The position numbers and the translations under genes are program-made. The notes beneath the pieces are model-generated. The model was not told the origin of the DNA. It made no database searches and saw only the letters and a list, made by a program, of their open reading frames with translations. From Chiloscyllium plagiosum (lineage: Eukaryota): a stretch of 64,000 nt of DNA. The stretch covers positions 14,951,684 to 15,015,683 of the forward strand of contig NC_057712.1 in the NCBI RefSeq assembly GCF_004010195.1, given 5' to 3'. Positions 60,472 to 64,000 of the stretch are shown in pieces (positions within the stretch are counted from its first letter, which is position 1; the number at the start of each line of letters is the position of its first letter).

Positions 60472-61925
60472 AGATCTTTCAGTAAAGCCTTTGATAAGGT
60501 TCCACATGGTAGGCTGTTGGAGAAAATGCAGAGGCATGGAATTGAGGGTGATTTAGTAGTTTGGATTAGAAACTGGCTTTCTGAAAGAAGGCAGCGAGTG
60601 GTGGTTGATGAAAAATATTTAGCCTGGAGTCCAGTTACTAGTGGTGTGCCACAAGGATCTGTTTTGGGACCACTGCTGTTTGTCATTTTTATAAATGACT
60701 TAGACGCAGGCACAGGTGGATGGATTAGTAAATTTGCAGATGACACTAAAGTTGGAGGAGTAGTGGACAGTTTGGAAGAATGTTACAGGTTGCAGGGGGA
60801 CTTGGATAAAATGCAGAATTGGGCTGGGAGGTGGCAAATGGAGTTCAATGCAGCTAAATGGGAGGTGATGTACTTTGGGAAGAAAACAGGAAGGCAGAGT
60901 ACTGGGTCAATTGAAAGATTCTTGGTAGTGTGGATGTGCAGAGGGATCTTGGAGACCATTTACATAGATCCCTGAAAGTTGCCACCCAGGTGGATAGTGC
61001 TGTTAAGAAGGCATACAGTGTGTTAGGTTTCATTCGTAGAGGGATTAAGTTCCGGAGCCACAATATCATGCTGCAACTATACAAAATGCTGGTGCAGCCA
61101 CACTTAGAATATTGTTTACAGTTCTGGTCCCCATATTTTGCGAAGGATGTGGAAGAATTGGAAAAGGCGCAGAGGAGATTTACCTCATAAGGGAAGGTCT
61201 TGGGTCAGTTCTCATTGCAAAGAAGAAGGCTAAGAGGGGATTTGATAGAGACATACAAGATGATCAGAGGATTAGATTAGATTCCCTACAATGTGGTAAC
61301 AGGCCGTTCAGCCCAACCAGTCCACACTGACCCTCCGACCCATTTCCCTCTGACTAATGCACCTGACACTATGGACAATTTAGCATGGCCAATTAACAGG
61401 CCGTTCAGCCCAACCAGTCCACACCGACCCTCCGACCCATTTCCCTCTGACTAATGCACCTGACACTATGGACAATTTACCATGGCCAATTCACCTGACC
61501 TGCACATCTTTGGACTATGGGAGGAAACCCACGCAGACACGGGGAGATTGCACAAACTCCACCCAAGGCTGGAATTGAACCTGGGACCATGGTGCTGTGA
61601 GGCAGCAGTGCTAACCACTGAGCCACCGTGCTGCCTTTTTTCCGAGGATGATGACATCAGCTTGTACGAGGGGGCATTACTACAAATTGAGGGGTGATAG
61701 ATTTAAGACAGATGTCAGAGGCAGGTTCTTTACTCAGGTAAGGGTGTGGAATGCCCTACCTGCTAATGTAGTCAACTCAGCCACATTAGGGAGACTTAAA
61801 CAATCCTTAGATAAGCACGTGGCTAATTTTGGGATAGTGTAGGGGGACGAGTTGAGAATAGTTCACAGGTCGGCGCAACATCAAGGGCCGAAGGGCCTGT
61901 TCTGCAATGTGTTGTTCTATGTTCT
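60472..61925 (+). mobile_element. 5'-truncated CR1 LINE with RT domain and 3' tail
   Basis: FSKAFDKVPHGRLL...GVPQGSVLGPLLFVIFINDL...KFADDTK...LEYCLQFWSP; tail gttctatgttcta. Confidence 0.95.
61277..61635 (-). mobile_element. HE1-type V-SINE nested in CR1, with internal tandem duplication
   Basis: Reverse HE1 head ggcagcacggtggctcagtgg; aacaggccgttcagcccaacc...catggccaatt occurs twice in tandem. Confidence 0.92.
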
Positions 61926-62139
61926 ACATTCATATCGCTCTGTGCTAAGACACATCTCTGGAACAGGTGCAACTGGAACCTGGGCCTTCTGTCTAGGAGA
62001 TAGGTACATTATCACTGTGCCACAAGAGTTCAGCTTGTGCTATAATTAGAGTTTGCAAGGCCATGGAATATTTGAGCAAAAAACTACCAAACTTTTATAG
62101 ATGTAATCGATAAATATACAAGGGTTTATTTCCATCTGA

Positions 62140-62530
62140 AGGGTCAGCTTCGGTTCAGTTGATGGTATTCCTGCTTCTGGATAAGAAGTTGTGAGCTCAA
62201 GCCCCATTCTAGAACTTCAGAACAATAAATCAACAATTAACTCTAATACAGTGCTGAGGACATGCTGGGAAAACATTTCTTCTCTCAGATGAGATTTACC
62301 AGGTGGTGTAGCGCTATCACACAGAAGAGCGGGGTCACTGTCACTGTTGTCCTGGCCAATATTTATCCTTCGATAAACATCGTAAAGTGGGAACTTAATG
62401 TGTATGAATTGGCTACTGTTGTATATTACATATATATAATTTTAAAAGTCAATTACTTTCTCACTTCCAAAGCAGTTTGGGATGTTAAGAAAGGTGGACA
62501 TGTAAAAGTTGATAATTCTGCCTATTTTCT
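62140..62530 (+). mobile_element. Deu-domain SINE (SacSINE1/AmnSINE1-like), degraded
   Basis: tRNA-like head, then cagtgctgagg...cagatgagat...gaagagcgggg...tgtcctggccaatatttatcc...aattggct...aaagcagtttggga. Confidence 0.65.
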
Positions 62531-62974
62531 CACTACTTGAGTAGATAATCCAACAAATTTCTCTGCCAAACATAACTATTAGCACAATTTAAAATACTCA
62601 CATATGATTACATTGGATATATGACACAGAAACTACCCAACCAGTCCACCAATGCTTACACTGCACTCAAGCCTCCGTCAATCTTTCCTCATTTAGATCT
62701 CTTTTTGCAGAATATATTTCTTCAATCCAGCCTGCTTGTCTGACTTCCTCTTGGATTCACTAACACTATTCACTTCAATCAATCTTTGTGAATTGCTCTA
62801 TGTATTGGAAGCAATTCAGGGAAAGCCTACTGGACTGTTGCATGGAATGGGAGGGGGTGGGATTGGGAAGTGTGGGGTGGGGGTAGCGAGTGAGCAGAGG
62901 GACGGTGTGGAATTGTTTTATAAGGGACAAGTTAGACAGCCTAAGCTTGTACCCACTGGAATTTGGAAGAGTCC

Positions 62975-63280
62975 GAGCTGTCAATTGAAACATATAAGAT
63001 CCTGAGGAACTTGGAAGGGTGGAAAGAATATTCTCTCTTCCAGAAGGACCCTGGAACTAGGGATCAGGGTTTAACAACTAAGATGTCACCCACTGGAGGC
63101 AGAGACAAGGGGTTTATTTTCTCCCAGAAAAACATAAGCCTTTGGAACTCTCTTCCTCAAAAGGAGGTAGAAACGGAGTATTTGAATACTTTGAAGGCAG
63201 AGGTAGATAAATTCTTGTTAAGCAAGGGATCAGAAGGGATCAGGACAGGCAGGAATGTAGAGTAATCAGACCATTCATTA
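62975..63280 (+). mobile_element. CR1 LINE 3' end
   Basis: IETYKILRNL...SLWNSLPQKEVE..LNTLKAEVDKFL. Confidence 0.8.
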
Positions 63281-63361
63281 TTTTTATTCATTTGTGGGAT
63301 GTGGACATCAGTGGCTAGCCAGCATTTATTGCCTGTCCCAGCATTCATTGCCAACCCTGGT

Positions 63362-64000
63362 TATAGAGTCATTGAGTCAGAGATGTACTACACGGAAACA
63401 GACCCTTCGGTGTTACTCATCCATACTGACCAGATATCCTAACCTAATCTAGTCCCATTTGCCAGCAGTTGACCCATATCCCCCTAAACTCTTCCTATTC
63501 ATGTACCCATCCAGATGCCTTTTAAATGTTGTAATTGTACCAGCCTCCACCACTTCCTCTGACAGGTCATTCCATACACACACCACCCTCTGCATGAAAA
63601 AAGCTGCCCGTTAAGTTCCTTTTAAATCATTCTCCTCTCAGCTTAACTCTATGCCCTCTAGTTTTGGACTTGCCTACACTAGAACAAAGACCTTGTTTAT
63701 TTATCCTATCCATGCCCCTCATGATTTTATAAGCCTCAGCCTATTCAGTCTCTCCCTATAGCTCAAACTCTCCAACTCTGGCAACATCCTTGTAAATCTT
63801 TCCTGAAACCTTTCAAGTTTAACAACATCTATCTTATAGCAGGGAGACCAGATTAAACACAGTACACCAATAGTGGCCTAACCAATGTCCTGAAGAGCTG
63901 CAACATGACATTCCAACTTCTATACTCAATGCAATGATCAATGAAGGCAAGTGTACCAATTGCCTTCTTCACTATCCTATCTACCTATGACTCCACTTTC
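63362..64000 (-). mobile_element. CR1/HER1 LINE 3' portion (runs off window end)
   Basis: Same family as 17878-18582. Confidence 0.92.

Overview
Vertebrate, repeat-dominated intergenic/intronic DNA, almost certainly from a shark. The evidence is the many HE1-type V-SINEs with CR1/HER1 3' ends and Deu-domain SINEs. No host protein-coding gene can be named; the only candidate is a minus-strand signal-peptide-like first exon at 24675-24726. The long ORFs at 8-12.7 kb are artefacts of a stop-free 15-bp satellite that spans an assembly gap. The most interesting signals are: (1) short Penelope-derived, often palindromic insertions with 10-16 bp target-site duplications (TSDs) carrying minimal type-I hammerhead ribozyme motifs, one of them structurally intact (59693-59734); (2) a foldback-type Mutator-like element whose TIRs are built of 15-bp repeats and which retains a transposase C-terminus; (3) a LINE that appears to start with a tRNA-like head and shares both head and tail with a short SINE; (4) a chimeric CR1 copy inside the satellite whose RT core is replaced by about 450 bp of foreign sequence. 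All calls were made by eye without database searches, and element boundaries are approximate unless a TSD or TIR is quoted.
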